From positions 19,532 to 83,531 of the forward strand of contig CANRLU010000001.1 of the NCBI GenBank assembly GCA_947631535.1: 64,000 bases of DNA, read 5' to 3'. A program made the translations under genes and the position numbers. Below, piece after piece: positions 26,521 through 36,790 of the stretch. The notes below the pieces were generated by a model. That model had not been told where the DNA came from. It did not search any database and saw nothing but the letters and a program-made list of their open reading frames with translations. Each line of letters starts with the position of its first letter. Position 1 is the stretch's first letter. This DNA comes from an uncultured Clostridia bacterium. Its GTDB lineage: Bacteria; Bacillota; Clostridia; Oscillospirales; Ruminococcaceae.

Positions 26521-28395
26521 ATGGATTTTTCCGCTGTTGACGCAAAGTTTGCCTATAACGGTTTTCTCGGCGTTGAGCTTTTTGACGACAGGACAAGCTT
26601 TTCGGTCTGGGCGCCGGAGGCCGAAGAAGTTTTGCTCAAGCTTTACAGCGTTCAGGAGGACGCCCCCTGCGACCAGATACCTATGAAAAAAGACGAGAGC
26701 GGCGTGTGGAGATATTCCTACCCGAAAAGCCTGAAAGGACTTTATTATACCTATGCGTTCACCTACGGCGGCGTTACCCGCGAATGTATCGACATAAACG
26801 CCAGGGCCGCCGGAGCAAACGGCTTGAGAGGCTATATCACCGACCTTGCTGGCACCGACCCTTCGGGCTGGAAAAACGAGGGCTATGTGAGCCTCGGCAG
26901 CCCCTCGGACGCCGTTATATACGAGCTCTCCGTCCGCGATTTTTCCTCAGACCCGTCTTCGGGAGTGGCAGAGGCCTCGAGGGGTAAATTCTCCGCTTTT
27001 ACCGACAGACGCTCTCACCTGCCGTCGGGCGAGCCCACCTGCCTCGGGCATATAAAAAAGCTCGGCGTGACGCATGTTCACCTGCTGCCGGTCTTCGATT
27101 TTGAGGGCGTGGACGAAAAAAAGCCCTCCGCCGCCTACAACTGGGGCTACAATCCCTCTAACTACAATCTTCCCGAGGGCTCGTATTCCCGCGACCCCCG
27201 CGACCCCGAGCTTCGCATAAAAGAGCTTAAAAGCCTTGTTTCGGCTCTTCACAAAGAGGGCATAGGCGTGGTGATGGACGTTGTTTACAACCACACCTAC
27301 CGCTCGAAGGACTCCTGCTTTAACGTCACCTATCCCGATTACTACTACCGCCAAAGCGCCGACGGGGGCTTTTCAAACGGCTCGGGCTGCGGCTGCGAGC
27401 TCGCCACCGAGCGCGCTATGGTGAGAAAATACATCGTCGATTCCGTGCTGTGGTGGGCAAAAGAATATAAGATCGACGGCTTCAGGTTCGACCTTATGGC
27501 CGTTCTCGACATCGACACGGTGAACGAAATAGCCGAAAGGCTCAAAGAGATAAATCCCTCGGCGCTGCTTTACGGCGAGGGGTGGACGGGCGGAGCCTCG
27601 GCACTGCCCTATGAGCGCTCGGCTTCAAAGGGAAACGCCCGCAGAGTGCCGAAATACGCCTTTTTCAACGACAGCTACCGCGACGCGATAAAGGGCGATA
27701 ACTTTAACGACCCCGAGCTCGGCTATATAAGCGGCAACTATCACTACAGGCAGTCGGTGATAAACGGACTGCTCGGCTCGGCGGTGTGGGCGGGCTCGCC
27801 CTCGCAGATAGTCAACTACTGCGAGTCGCACGACAACCTAACGCTGTGGGACAAGCTCACCGTTTCGGCGGGAGGCTGCCACGACGACGATCGCAAAAAG
27901 ATGTCGAGGCTCGCTATGGCGCTGGTGATGCTCGCGCAGGGAGTGCCGTTCATTCAGGCGGGGCAGGAATTTCTGCGCTCAAAGCCCCTGGGGCACGGCA
28001 GATACGACCACAACAGCTATATGTCGCCCGACAGCGTAAATTCGCTGAAATGGTATAAGCTCGACGAAAATCTTCGCGAATCGGAATACTGCCGCGGGCT
28101 GATAGCCTTCCGAAAGGCGCACCCCGTCCTGCGGCTCACGAGCTTTTACGACATCGAGCACGCGGCACAGGTGCTCTCTTCGCCCGACGGCACCGTTGCG
28201 ATAAAGCTTTCGCGCGGCGAAGAGATGCTTATTCTCGTAAACCCAATACCCCGCGCAAAGATGTTCTTGCTCCCCGACGGCGAATGGTATCTTCACGTGA
28301 GCGACATAAAGGCTTCAACCGAGCCGCTCGCCACCTACTGCGAGGCAATAGTTGTTCCGCCGATATCGGCGATGGTGCTCATAAATAAATCGTGA
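26521..28395 (+). CDS. pulA: type I pullulanase (GH13)
   Basis: GH13 conserved regions VVMDVVYNH, GFRFDLM, YGEGW and YCESHDN, plus the pullulanase motif YNWGYNP. No signal peptide, so likely cytoplasmic. Confidence 0.85.
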   Translation: MDFSAVDAKFAYNGFLGVELFDDRTSFSVWAPEAEEVLLKLYSVQEDAPCDQIPMKKDESGVWRYSYPKSLKGLYYTYAFTYGGVTRECIDINARAAGANGLRGYITDLAGTDPSGWKNEGYVSLGSPSDAVIYELSVRDFSSDPSSGVAEASRGKFSAFTDRRSHLPSGEPTCLGHIKKLGVTHVHLLPVFDFEGVDEKKPSAAYNWGYNPSNYNLPEGSYSRDPRDPELRIKELKSLVSALHKEGIGVVMDVVYNHTYRSKDSCFNVTYPDYYYRQSADGGFSNGSGCGCELATERAMVRKYIVDSVLWWAKEYKIDGFRFDLMAVLDIDTVNEIAERLKEINPSALLYGEGWTGGASALPYERSASKGNARRVPKYAFFNDSYRDAIKGDNFNDPELGYISGNYHYRQSVINGLLGSAVWAGSPSQIVNYCESHDNLTLWDKLTVSAGGCHDDDRKKMSRLAMALVMLAQGVPFIQAGQEFLRSKPLGHGRYDHNSYMSPDSVNSLKWYKLDENLRESEYCRGLIAFRKAHPVLRLTSFYDIEHAAQVLSSPDGTVAIKLSRGEEMLILVNPIPRAKMFLLPDGEWYLHVSDIKASTEPLATYCEAIVVPPISAMVLINKS

Positions 28396-28408
28396 AAGGA
28401 GAATAAAT

Positions 28409-29800
28409 ATGGACACGAAAAAGGTTTTTGACTATATAGACTCTATGCGCGGCGAGATGTGCGCCGTCCTCGGCGAGCTCATATCCTACCCGAGCTTTAA
28501 GCAGGAGCCGGAGGAGGGCGCTCCTTACGGACGCGCCGCAAGGGACTGTCTCGATTCCGCTCTCAAGATATGCGAAAGGTTCGGCTTTGCGACGGATACC
28601 GTGGGCGACCGCGCGGGGATCGCATCTTTTACCGAGGGCGAGCCGCTTTTGGGGATACTTGCCCACCTTGACGTCGTTTCCGCGGGCGACGGCTGGACGT
28701 TTGAGCCCTATAAGGCGACGGTCAGGGACGGAAAGCTCTACGGCAGAGGCGCTATGGACGACAAGGGGCCGGTGGTGTCGGTTATATTCGCCATGAAGGC
28801 TCTCAAAGACCTCGGCGTGCCGCTTAAGCGCGGCTTCGAGCTGATACTCGGCACCGACGAAGAGTGCGGCTCGTCGGACATAAAATACTTCAGAAAGCAC
28901 CGCAAAATGCCGAAGTGGCTCTTTACTCCCGACGCCGAATATCCGCTTATAAACATCGAAAAAGGGCGGATAGAAAGCAGATTTTCCGCGCCCTGCAAGT
29001 CGGAAAAGCTTATGTCGCTCCACGGAGGAAAAACGGTGAACGCCGTTCCCGCCTCGGCGAGCGCTGTTGTCGGCGGGATAAGCGAAGACGAGATAAACTC
29101 CGCGATAAAAGCCGCCGGCTGCACGGCAGTATTCACCCTTTCGGCCGAAGGCGGCGCAATAAAGATAGATTCGCGCGGGGTGAGCGCCCACGCCTCCACT
29201 CCCGAGACCGGCGACAACGCCCTGACCGCGCTGATAAAGCTTTTGCAGGCGCTGCCTCTCGATATGCCCGCAAAGCAGCTGCTTTCGGGGCTGGCAAAGG
29301 AGTTCCCGTATAAAGAGACCGACGGCGCAAGTGCAGGTGTCGCCGCGAGAGACGAAGTCTCGGGCGCGCTGACGCTCGTTCTGAGCGTTCTCGACTACGA
29401 CGGCAAAAGTTTCGGCGGCGCAATAGATATCCGCTTCCCGGTGTGCGAGACGGCAGCCTCGGTATGCAAAAAGCTCGACGCCGCGCTGAAAAGGGCGGGC
29501 TTCGAGGCGCACTCGGGCGGCAGCGAACCTCACTGCGTGCCGTCGGACAGCCCGTTTGTCAAAACTCTTCTTGAAGCCTACAGCTCGGTAACAGGCAAAA
29601 AAGGCGAATGTATCGCCATCGGCGGGGGGACTTATGTCCACGGCATACCGGGCGGCGTGGCCTTCGGCTGCGAAGTATCCGGCGAGGATAACCGCATACA
29701 CGGCGCCGACGAATTCATAAGGGTAGATGCTCTTGCGGAAAACGCCAAGATCTTCGCCGAAGCGATAGTAAGGGTATGCAACGGCGGCGAACCGGTTTAG
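28409..29800 (+). CDS. pepV: M20 family dipeptidase (PepV/Sapep-like)
   Basis: GILAHLDVVSAGDGWTFEPYKATVRDGKLYGRGAMDDKGP...GTDEECGSSD...GGGTY. AAGGAG RBS. Confidence 0.8.
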   Translation: MDTKKVFDYIDSMRGEMCAVLGELISYPSFKQEPEEGAPYGRAARDCLDSALKICERFGFATDTVGDRAGIASFTEGEPLLGILAHLDVVSAGDGWTFEPYKATVRDGKLYGRGAMDDKGPVVSVIFAMKALKDLGVPLKRGFELILGTDEECGSSDIKYFRKHRKMPKWLFTPDAEYPLINIEKGRIESRFSAPCKSEKLMSLHGGKTVNAVPASASAVVGGISEDEINSAIKAAGCTAVFTLSAEGGAIKIDSRGVSAHASTPETGDNALTALIKLLQALPLDMPAKQLLSGLAKEFPYKETDGASAGVAARDEVSGALTLVLSVLDYDGKSFGGAIDIRFPVCETAASVCKKLDAALKRAGFEAHSGGSEPHCVPSDSPFVKTLLEAYSSVTGKKGECIAIGGGTYVHGIPGGVAFGCEVSGEDNRIHGADEFIRVDALAENAKIFAEAIVRVCNGGEPV

Positions 29801-29824
29801 ATAAAGCCCAAAAAATGTCGATAA

Positions 29825-29857
29825 AAAGACGGTATGGCCAAAACCATACCGTCTTTA
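29825..29857. terminator. bidirectional hairpin terminator
   Basis: AAAGACGGTATGG-CCAAAA-CCATACCGTCTTT. Confidence 0.65.
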
Positions 29858-29916
29858 AATATGCGGGTTTGATGCCCTGCGGTCTTGCCGGCGGGGCTTT
29901 TTGCAAAAGCTGCGCG

Positions 29917-30555
29917 TCAGATAGAATCGGCTATGTCAACGTTCACGCCCTTGAGACCGACATAGGCGCCCTGGGCCGCTTCGGAGGACTCGGGGTGAGC
30001 TATGAGCCACTTATTGCACGCCCAGAGGAGCTTATCCTCTTCGGAAGCGGGAGTGATGGCGGGCTTTTCGGTGTTCGTCCCCGCGGGGAGCGCAACAAGC
30101 ACTCTGAATCCCTTGGCGGGGTCGGTGTGGCAGGGAGCATAGTGGAGGGTGGTGGCATAGCACTCCACGATAACGCCCTTGGGCGCGCGAAAAGCCTTTA
30201 CCTTGGCGGTGTCGAGCACGCCGTCGGTTATCTCGTCCTGCTTTGCGAGCAGAAGAATGAAGTCTTCGGTGCCGAGGTTGAACTCGCTGTCGCGGTGATA
30301 TTCAACGCAGTTGAGCTTGGTATTGTGACCGTTGCACCAGCCGAGCTGCACCGGCATACCGCCGAATAAATGCTCCGAGACTGCCTTGGCTGCGGGAAGA
30401 GACTGCAAAGACGGGTCCATAGCAACATAGTCAGTCCCCTCGGGCAGAGGAGTTTTGCCAAGGGCGGCAACAATCTCGGCGGCGGTATCCTCAAGACCGC
30501 TGACCACCTTGCCGTAGCTCTTGAATTCGGGGTCAAAGACAGAATAAATTTTCAT
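29917..30555 (-). CDS. DUF4867-like protein (ureidoglycolate-lyase-like fold family, tentative)
   Basis: 212-aa soluble protein, MKIYSVFDPEFKSYGKVV...GWCNGHNTKLNCVEYHRDSEFN... The family was recalled from memory and not verified. AGGAGG RBS. Confidence 0.45.
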   Translation of the reverse strand: MKIYSVFDPEFKSYGKVVSGLEDTAAEIVAALGKTPLPEGTDYVAMDPSLQSLPAAKAVSEHLFGGMPVQLGWCNGHNTKLNCVEYHRDSEFNLGTEDFILLLAKQDEITDGVLDTAKVKAFRAPKGVIVECYATTLHYAPCHTDPAKGFRVLVALPAGTNTEKPAITPASEEDKLLWACNKWLIAHPESSEAAQGAYVGLKGVNVDIADSI

Positions 30556-30683
30556 AAAATTTCCTCCTTTTAGCTTAAAACTTGCTGCTTATATCATAGC
30601 ACATTTATCAAAGAAAGTAAAGAGCGATTTTGAGGAAGGTAAGCGCACATTTGCCAATGTTCTTCGCTATGCCACTCCCCCGC

Positions 30684-30712
30684 TTGACATTTTTACGCGA
30701 CGGGGCTATATT
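30684..30712 (+). promoter_or_regulatory. sigma-70-type promoter for ispDF
   Basis: TTGACA (30684-30689), 17-nt spacer, TATATT (30707-30712). Confidence 0.5.
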
Positions 30713-30735
30713 ATATTCAGAAAGGGGGCTCGTTC

Positions 30736-31893
30736 GTGGACATATCGGCTTATATTTCGGGAGGCAGGGCGGCCTCGGCGGTGCTCGCCTGCGGCGGCAG
30801 CGGAAGCCGCATGGGTGAAAACAAGCTTTTGATAAACCTCTGCGGAAAAACCGTGATAAGGCGGTCGGCAGAGGCCCTTTGCAGCTGCCCCGACATCATA
30901 AAAATCATCGTTCCCGCGCCGCCGGAGCTTTGGGATACCTATAAAGCCGAGCTCTCGGGGCTGCCCGTACCCATTGTATTCTGCGAAGCGGGAAGCACAA
31001 GGGCGCAGTCGGTCAAAAATGCAGCCGCTCTTGCCGAGGGCGACCTCATTCTCATTCACGACGGCGCACGCCCGCTCGTCACGGAGCGTGAGATAATCCG
31101 CTCGATCGACGACGCCCAAAAATGGGGAAGCTCGGTCGTCTGCACGCCGGTAAAGGATACCCTCAGATTCTTCGACGGCGAAAAGAGCCTTTGCCCCGAC
31201 AGAAGCTGCCTTTACACCGTCCGCACGCCGCAGACATTTTCGCTTTCGCTTTACAGATACGCCCTTTCAAAGGCCGACGGCGATCTTACCGACGACGCCC
31301 AGCTCCTCGACGCTATAGGCGTAACGCCGCACATAACCCCGGGCGAATACCGCAACATTAAGCTCACCACCCGCGAGGATATTGCCGTCGCGGAGGAATA
31401 TCTCGGAGGGAAAACTATGAGGATAGGTCAGGGATACGACGTTCACAGGCTCGCCGAGGGCAGAGAGCTCATTCTCGGCGGCGTGAAGATAGACTATGAA
31501 AAGGGGCTTTTGGGCCATTCCGACGCCGACGTGCTCGTTCACGCGATAATGGACGCCCTTTTGGGAGCCGCCGCTCTCGGAGACATAGGAAAGCTCTTTC
31601 CGGACACCGACGAAAAATATAAGGGAGCCGACAGCTTAAAACTCCTTGAGGCGGTGGCGGAGCTTCTCGGAAAAAACGGCTTCGCGATATCGAATATCGA
31701 CGCTACTGTAATCGCGCAGGCGCCGAAGCTTGCTCCGCACATTGAAAAAATGCGCGAAAATATAGCGAAAGCTGCGGGAATAGGCGCTTCGCAGGTATCG
31801 GTAAAGGCGACTACCGAGGAGGGTCTCGGCTTCTCGGGCAGGAAGGAAGGCATAGCCGCGCAGGCGGTCGCGATGATTTTGCGAAAAAATTAA
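30736..31893 (+). CDS. ispDF: bifunctional 2-C-methyl-D-erythritol 4-phosphate cytidylyltransferase / 2-C-methyl-D-erythritol 2,4-cyclodiphosphate synthase
   Basis: N-terminal IspD ([13 protein letters not shown]...HDGARP) fused to C-terminal IspF ([12 protein letters not shown]...[19 protein letters not shown]...). GTG start. Confidence 0.88.
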   Translation: MDISAYISGGRAASAVLACGGSGSRMGENKLLINLCGKTVIRRSAEALCSCPDIIKIIVPAPPELWDTYKAELSGLPVPIVFCEAGSTRAQSVKNAAALAEGDLILIHDGARPLVTEREIIRSIDDAQKWGSSVVCTPVKDTLRFFDGEKSLCPDRSCLYTVRTPQTFSLSLYRYALSKADGDLTDDAQLLDAIGVTPHITPGEYRNIKLTTREDIAVAEEYLGGKTMRIGQGYDVHRLAEGRELILGGVKIDYEKGLLGHSDADVLVHAIMDALLGAAALGDIGKLFPDTDEKYKGADSLKLLEAVAELLGKNGFAISNIDATVIAQAPKLAPHIEKMRENIAKAAGIGASQVSVKATTEEGLGFSGRKEGIAAQAVAMILRKN

Positions 31894-31912
31894 AAAAATT
31901 TTCTCAAACCCC

Positions 31913-31941
31913 TTGCATTTTTTGCGGGGATTTGATATAAT
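31913..31941 (+). promoter_or_regulatory. sigma-70-type promoter for the tRNA-Gln pair
   Basis: TTGCAT (31913-31918), 17-nt spacer, TATAAT (31936-31941). Confidence 0.5.
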
Positions 31942-31982
31942 AACAAAGCTGTGTTGCTCCACCGGCTTGGTCGCAGCGATCT

Positions 31983-32058
31983 TGGGATATAGCCAAGCGG
32001 TAAGGCAGCGGACTTTGACTCCGTCATTCCGGTGGTTCGAATCCACCTATCCCAGCCA
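31983..32058 (+). tRNA. tRNA-Gln (anticodon UUG), CCA encoded
   Basis: TGGGATATAGCCAAGCGGTAAGGCAGCGGACTTTGACTCCGT...GGTGGTTCGAATCCACCTATCCCAGCCA. Cloverleaf folded by hand; anticodon loop is CT-TTG-AC. Confidence 0.9.
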
Positions 32059-32079
32059 AAGCCCCCATATAGCGAATAT

Positions 32080-32155
32080 TGCGGCATCGCCAAGTGGTAA
32101 GGCACTGGACTCTGACTCCAGCATTCCCTAGGTTCGAATCCTAGTGCCGCAGCCA
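32080..32155 (+). tRNA. tRNA-Gln (anticodon CUG), CCA encoded
   Basis: TGCGGCATCGCCAAGTGGTAAGGCACTGGACTCTGACTCCAG...CTAGGTTCGAATCCTAGTGCCGCAGCCA. Anticodon loop is CT-CTG-AC. Confidence 0.9.
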
Positions 32156-32158
32156 AAA

Positions 32159-32190
32159 GGTACCGACTGAGGTCGGTACTTTTTTTGTGT
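32159..32190 (+). terminator. rho-independent terminator after the tRNA pair
   Basis: GGTACCGAC-TGAG-GTCGGTACT followed by a T7 run. Confidence 0.75.
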
Positions 32191-32404
32191 AAATTTTCCT
32201 TTCACTCTGATTCCAGAACATGGAACATATACAGGCGTTTTTCGTTATATTGCACAAATTTTGCGGCCTTGCATGTAAAAATACGTGCTAAGGCTATTTA
32301 TTTTGCATTAAAACGGTGATATAATGTTTATAAGAACAGGGGTGTTTTCCGCGGCGGCGAGCTGTGGGAAATCTCCCGATAACACTTAGAAAGGCAGTCC
32401 TGAA

Positions 32405-34510
32405 ATGGCGGAGCAACATAACGGTATGCGCAGATTTTACACCGGAGTAGTCCGTCACCGCAAGCTCATACTCATACTGTTTCCGGTGATATTTGCCGTG
32501 TGCCTGATAACCCAGAATATGGTGGCGGTAAATTACGATATGAACGATTATCTTCCCAAAGACAGCCCATCGACGGTCTCGATAGACGTGATGCGCTCCG
32601 AATTTGAGGGAGGTATTCCCAACGCCCGCGTGATGATAAGAGACGTGACCGTTCCGGAGGCGCTGGAATATAAAGAGCGGATAAAGGCCGTGGAGGGAGT
32701 TACCGGCGTTACCTGGCTTGACGACGCTGCGGATATAACCGTTCCGCTCTCGATGCTCGATAAAAGCACCGTCGAATCCTACTACAAAGACGGCGCTGCC
32801 CTGCTGACGGTCACCATAGCCGAAGAGAGCAGGATAACCGCAGTACCGCTTATCCGCGAAATAATAGGAGACGGCAACGCTATGACGGGCAGCGCGGTAT
32901 CCACCTCGGTGGCGACTACAAACACCGTCTCTGAGATACATAAGATCGCGGCTTTTTCGGTGCTGTTCGTGCTCTTCGTTCTGCTCGCGACAACAAACTC
33001 CTGGATAGAGCCGCTGCTGGTGCTGCTCGGCCTCGGCATAGCCGTTATCATAAATTCCGGCAGCAACATTATTTTCGGGGAGATATCCTTTGTGACCAAC
33101 GCTGCGGGAAATATCCTGCAGCTCGCGGTCTCGCTCGATTACTCCGTATTCCTCATACACCGCTTTGAAGAGTGCCGCGGCAGCAGCTCCGACCCCGAAA
33201 GCGCTATGATAGACGCCCTGTGCCTGTCTACTTCCTCTATCCTTGCAAGCGGCCTCACCACCGTAATAGGATTCTTAGCGCTCGTTTTGATGCAGTTCCG
33301 CATCGGGCCCGACCTCGGCCTTGCTCTGGCAAAGGGCGTAGCAATAAGCCTTATAACGGTATTCCTATTTATGCCCTCGCTGATACTTTCCTCATATAAG
33401 CTCCTCGACAAAACAAGGCACCGCTATTTTATGCCCGCCTTTAAGAAGTTCGGCAAGGTGATACTTAAAATCTCGGTCCCTGCGGTGTGCGTCTTCCTGC
33501 TAGCAGTGGTGCCCGCCTATCTTGCATCAAACTCGAATGACTACTATTTCGGAGCTTCGCACATCTTCGGCCCCGAAACTCAGCTCGGAGCCGACACCGA
33601 AGACATAAGAGAGGTCTTCGGCGACAGCGATACCTACGTTCTGCTGGTGCCAAAGGGCGATACCGCCACCGAAGCCGCACTTTCGAAAGAGCTGCACTCT
33701 ATAGAGCACGTCACCGGTATAATTTCCTATGTTGACGCTGCCGGCGCGGAGATACCGCCGGAATATCTTGACGCCGGCACTCTGGCGCAGCTCGAATCGG
33801 AGCATTACAGCAGAATGGTCATTTCGGCAGACGTCCCATACGAGGGCGAGAACACCTTTGAGCTCGTGGAGCGGATACGCGATACCGCAGGCAGGTATTA
33901 TCCCGACGAATTTTATCTTGCCGGTGAGGGCGTGAGCACCTATGACCTTATGAAGACCGTTACCGTAGATATGGTAAAGGTGAACGCGCTGGCGATAGGC
34001 GCGGTGTTCCTTGTTCTTCTGCTGACGCTGCGCTCGGTATCGCTGCCTGTGATACTCGTTCTCTCGATAGAATCCGCCATATGGATAAACCTCGCAGTCC
34101 CCTATTTTATGGGCACGCCCTGCTTTTATATCGCATATCTCATAATCAGCTCGATACAGCTCGGCGCCACCGTTGACTACGCCATTCTTATGACCGACAG
34201 ATACCGCGAGAACAGGCAGTCGCTCGGCAAAAAAGAGGCGGTTATACAAACCGTCTCCGACGTTACGGTCTCGGTACTCACGTCGGGCAGCGCGCTCACC
34301 GTATGCGGGCTGCTGCTCGGATATATCTCTACAAACCGGCTTTTGGCACAGCTCGGAATATTCATCGGCCGAGGGAGCATATGCTCGCAGCTGATAGTTA
34401 TGTTCGTTCTGCCCGGAGCGCTTATGCTGTTCGACCGCTTTGCCTCGGGCATAAAGAAAAGCGGTAAAAGCTCCGGCAAAAAGCAGCAAAAAGTAATGGA
34501 GGAGGCATAG
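32405..34510 (+). CDS. MMPL/RND-superfamily membrane transporter
   Basis: 701 aa with two blocks of about 6 TM separated by soluble loops. N-terminus is typical of the family (FYTGVVRHRKLILILF...NYDMNDYLPKDSPS). Confidence 0.75.
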   Translation: MAEQHNGMRRFYTGVVRHRKLILILFPVIFAVCLITQNMVAVNYDMNDYLPKDSPSTVSIDVMRSEFEGGIPNARVMIRDVTVPEALEYKERIKAVEGVTGVTWLDDAADITVPLSMLDKSTVESYYKDGAALLTVTIAEESRITAVPLIREIIGDGNAMTGSAVSTSVATTNTVSEIHKIAAFSVLFVLFVLLATTNSWIEPLLVLLGLGIAVIINSGSNIIFGEISFVTNAAGNILQLAVSLDYSVFLIHRFEECRGSSSDPESAMIDALCLSTSSILASGLTTVIGFLALVLMQFRIGPDLGLALAKGVAISLITVFLFMPSLILSSYKLLDKTRHRYFMPAFKKFGKVILKISVPAVCVFLLAVVPAYLASNSNDYYFGASHIFGPETQLGADTEDIREVFGDSDTYVLLVPKGDTATEAALSKELHSIEHVTGIISYVDAAGAEIPPEYLDAGTLAQLESEHYSRMVISADVPYEGENTFELVERIRDTAGRYYPDEFYLAGEGVSTYDLMKTVTVDMVKVNALAIGAVFLVLLLTLRSVSLPVILVLSIESAIWINLAVPYFMGTPCFYIAYLIISSIQLGATVDYAILMTDRYRENRQSLGKKEAVIQTVSDVTVSVLTSGSALTVCGLLLGYISTNRLLAQLGIFIGRGSICSQLIVMFVLPGALMLFDRFASGIKKSGKSSGKKQQKVMEEA

Positions 34511-34511
34511 T

Positions 34512-36692
34512 ATGAAGCGCAGAAAGAGTATTGAAAAAATCGCCGCAGTTCTGCTCGCGAGCGCAGTAGCGCTCTCGGAGCTGCCCGCCGTAAGGGCAGG
34601 TGCGGCCGAGCCGAACACTCCGAAAGAGGAGGTCGTATACATAAACCTCAACGCCGACGGCTCGGTAAAAGAGGTAAACGTGGTGAATATCTTCGAGCTT
34701 TCGGAGGACGGCGAGATAACCGACTACGGCCGTTACGAAAGCCTGCGGAATATGACCACCACCGACGAAATAGAGTATTCCGACGGCGAAGTAAAGATCG
34801 GCGCAAAGGCTGGAAAGCTCTATTACGAGGGGAAGGCCGCCGAAAACACGATCCCCTGGGACATCGGCGTCACTTATTATCTTGACGGCGCCGAGACCTC
34901 GGCAGCAGAGCTTGCCGGAAAGAGCGGCGCTCTCAGAATACACCTGAGCATAGCCGAAAACAAGAACTGCCGAGGCGGCTTCTTTGAAAGCTACGCTTTG
35001 CAGGCGTCTTTGACGCTCGACACAAAAAAGTGCTCTGATATTATTGCCGACGGCGCCACCGTGGCAAACGTGGGGAGCGACAAGCAGATAACCTACACCG
35101 TCCTGCCCGGAAAGGGCCTTGAGGCCGACGTTTCGGCCGACGTGACCGACTTCGAAATGGCGGGGCTTTCAATCAACGGCATACCGCTCAAGCTCAACGT
35201 CGAGATAGACAGCGAAGAGCTCAGCGGCAGGGTCGCCGAGCTTCAGGACGCGCTTAAAGAGCTCGACGACGGCGCAAAAGAGCTTAACGACGGCGTTTCA
35301 AAGCTTAAGGGCAGCGCCGAGGAGAGCCTTAAAAGCGGGACTTCAAAGCTTTACGGCGGCGCAAAAGAGCTGCAAAGCGGACTAAAAGAGCTTGAGGACG
35401 GCGGGACGGAGCTGCAAAGCGGCGCCGGCGAATTGCAGTCGGGCGCGGACACGCTCGATAAAGGCGTAAACGATCTTAAAAGCGGCATAGAGCAGATAGG
35501 CAGGGCCCTCGACGAACTTAACTCAAAGTCTGGAGAACTGCGCGGCGGTTCGGCGGAGTTCAAAGAGGCGCTCTCGACGCTTTATTCGGCGCTCGGAGGA
35601 GTTTCGGCGTCGTCGCAGGGGCTTTATGCACTCACCGACGCCTCGGCGCAGATAAAGACCGGCATCGGCAGTCTCACCGAGGGTGCGCGTGCGCTAAAAA
35701 GCGCGGTGAGCTTTGAGGGTTACAAGGCAGTGATGCTGCAAAACGGTCTCGACATAGATGTGCTCAAGCAGAACAACACCGACGCCGCCGCGGCTTTAAG
35801 AAACGTCTCCGCGGCGCTGAACGAAAAGCTCCCGCTTTTGCAGATGTTCGGAATAGACACCTCCACCCTCACGGGGCTTATGACGCAGCTCGAAGACGTC
35901 GCGCTGCTTCTGGAGGCCGACAGCGCTGCCGTAGACGGCGCGGGAGCTTATCTCGACGCCGTGAACGGCAACATCTCGACGCTTTTAGACGGCGCCGAAA
36001 CGCTTCAAACCGGCTATGAGCAGTTTGACGGCGCGATATCCTCGCTCGTCAGCTCACTCAGCGGAATGGCATATAAGGTCTCGGAGCTGTCGTCGGCCGT
36101 GAGCACGCTCGTATCGGAATATGAAAAGCTCGACGGCGGGATATCCGCCTACACCGACGGCGTTGCGCAGATAGTTGCGGGGTATTCGCAGATATCGGAC
36201 GGCGCGGCGGAGCTCGCCATAGGCAGCGGCGCGCTGAAAGAAGGGGCCGACTCGCTTTACGGCGCCACCGGCGAGCTGCTTTCGGGGATAAAGGAGCTTT
36301 ACAGCGGTTCCGGCAGCCTGAAAGACGGCGCGGGAGCTCTTGACGAGGGCGTTTCGGAGCTCATCGCGGGAATAGACGGGATATACGGCGGGACCGGCGA
36401 ACTCAAAGACGGCACCGGCTCGGTGAAAGATGCGACCTCGGGAATGGATACCGAGATAGAAGACAGAATAAACGGCCTGCTCGATTCGATAACCGGCGGA
36501 AACAAAAAAACGGAGTCGTTTATCTCGGAGCTGAATACAAACATAAAGAGCGTTCAGTTCGTCATTCAGACCGAGGGCATATCGAAGGCAAAAGAGGAAA
36601 TAGTAAGCGAGGCAAGCCCCGAACCCACGCTTTGGCAGAAATTCCTCAAACTTTTCGGACTTTACCGCGAAAAGGCGGAAGCAGACGGATAA
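34512..36692 (+). CDS. secreted coiled-coil repeat protein, YhgE/Pip-like central repeats, no C-terminal membrane domain
   Basis: Signal peptide MKRRKSIEKIAAVLLASAVALSELPAVRAGA. Long run of (L/G)xxGxxEL-type repeats (GAKELQSGLKELEDGGTELQSGAGELQSGADTLDKGVNDLKSG...). GGAGGAGG RBS. Starts 1 nt after the MMPL stop. Confidence 0.6.
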   Translation: MKRRKSIEKIAAVLLASAVALSELPAVRAGAAEPNTPKEEVVYINLNADGSVKEVNVVNIFELSEDGEITDYGRYESLRNMTTTDEIEYSDGEVKIGAKAGKLYYEGKAAENTIPWDIGVTYYLDGAETSAAELAGKSGALRIHLSIAENKNCRGGFFESYALQASLTLDTKKCSDIIADGATVANVGSDKQITYTVLPGKGLEADVSADVTDFEMAGLSINGIPLKLNVEIDSEELSGRVAELQDALKELDDGAKELNDGVSKLKGSAEESLKSGTSKLYGGAKELQSGLKELEDGGTELQSGAGELQSGADTLDKGVNDLKSGIEQIGRALDELNSKSGELRGGSAEFKEALSTLYSALGGVSASSQGLYALTDASAQIKTGIGSLTEGARALKSAVSFEGYKAVMLQNGLDIDVLKQNNTDAAAALRNVSAALNEKLPLLQMFGIDTSTLTGLMTQLEDVALLLEADSAAVDGAGAYLDAVNGNISTLLDGAETLQTGYEQFDGAISSLVSSLSGMAYKVSELSSAVSTLVSEYEKLDGGISAYTDGVAQIVAGYSQISDGAAELAIGSGALKEGADSLYGATGELLSGIKELYSGSGSLKDGAGALDEGVSELIAGIDGIYGGTGELKDGTGSVKDATSGMDTEIEDRINGLLDSITGGNKKTESFISELNTNIKSVQFVIQTEGISKAKEEIVSEASPEPTLWQKFLKLFGLYREKAEADG

Positions 36693-36724
36693 ACCGTCCC
36701 GCCTGATGTTTTTACCATAACTGT

Positions 36725-36754
36725 ATCCGCCCTGCCCGCAAAGGCAGAGCGGAT
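36725..36754. terminator. hairpin terminator between convergent operons
   Basis: ATCCGCCCTGCC-CGCAAA-GGCAGAGCGGAT followed by ATTTTATGCTTTTT. Confidence 0.6.
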
Positions 36755-36790
36755 ATTTTATGCTTTTTCAGATAATATCGGGATTCGGAG

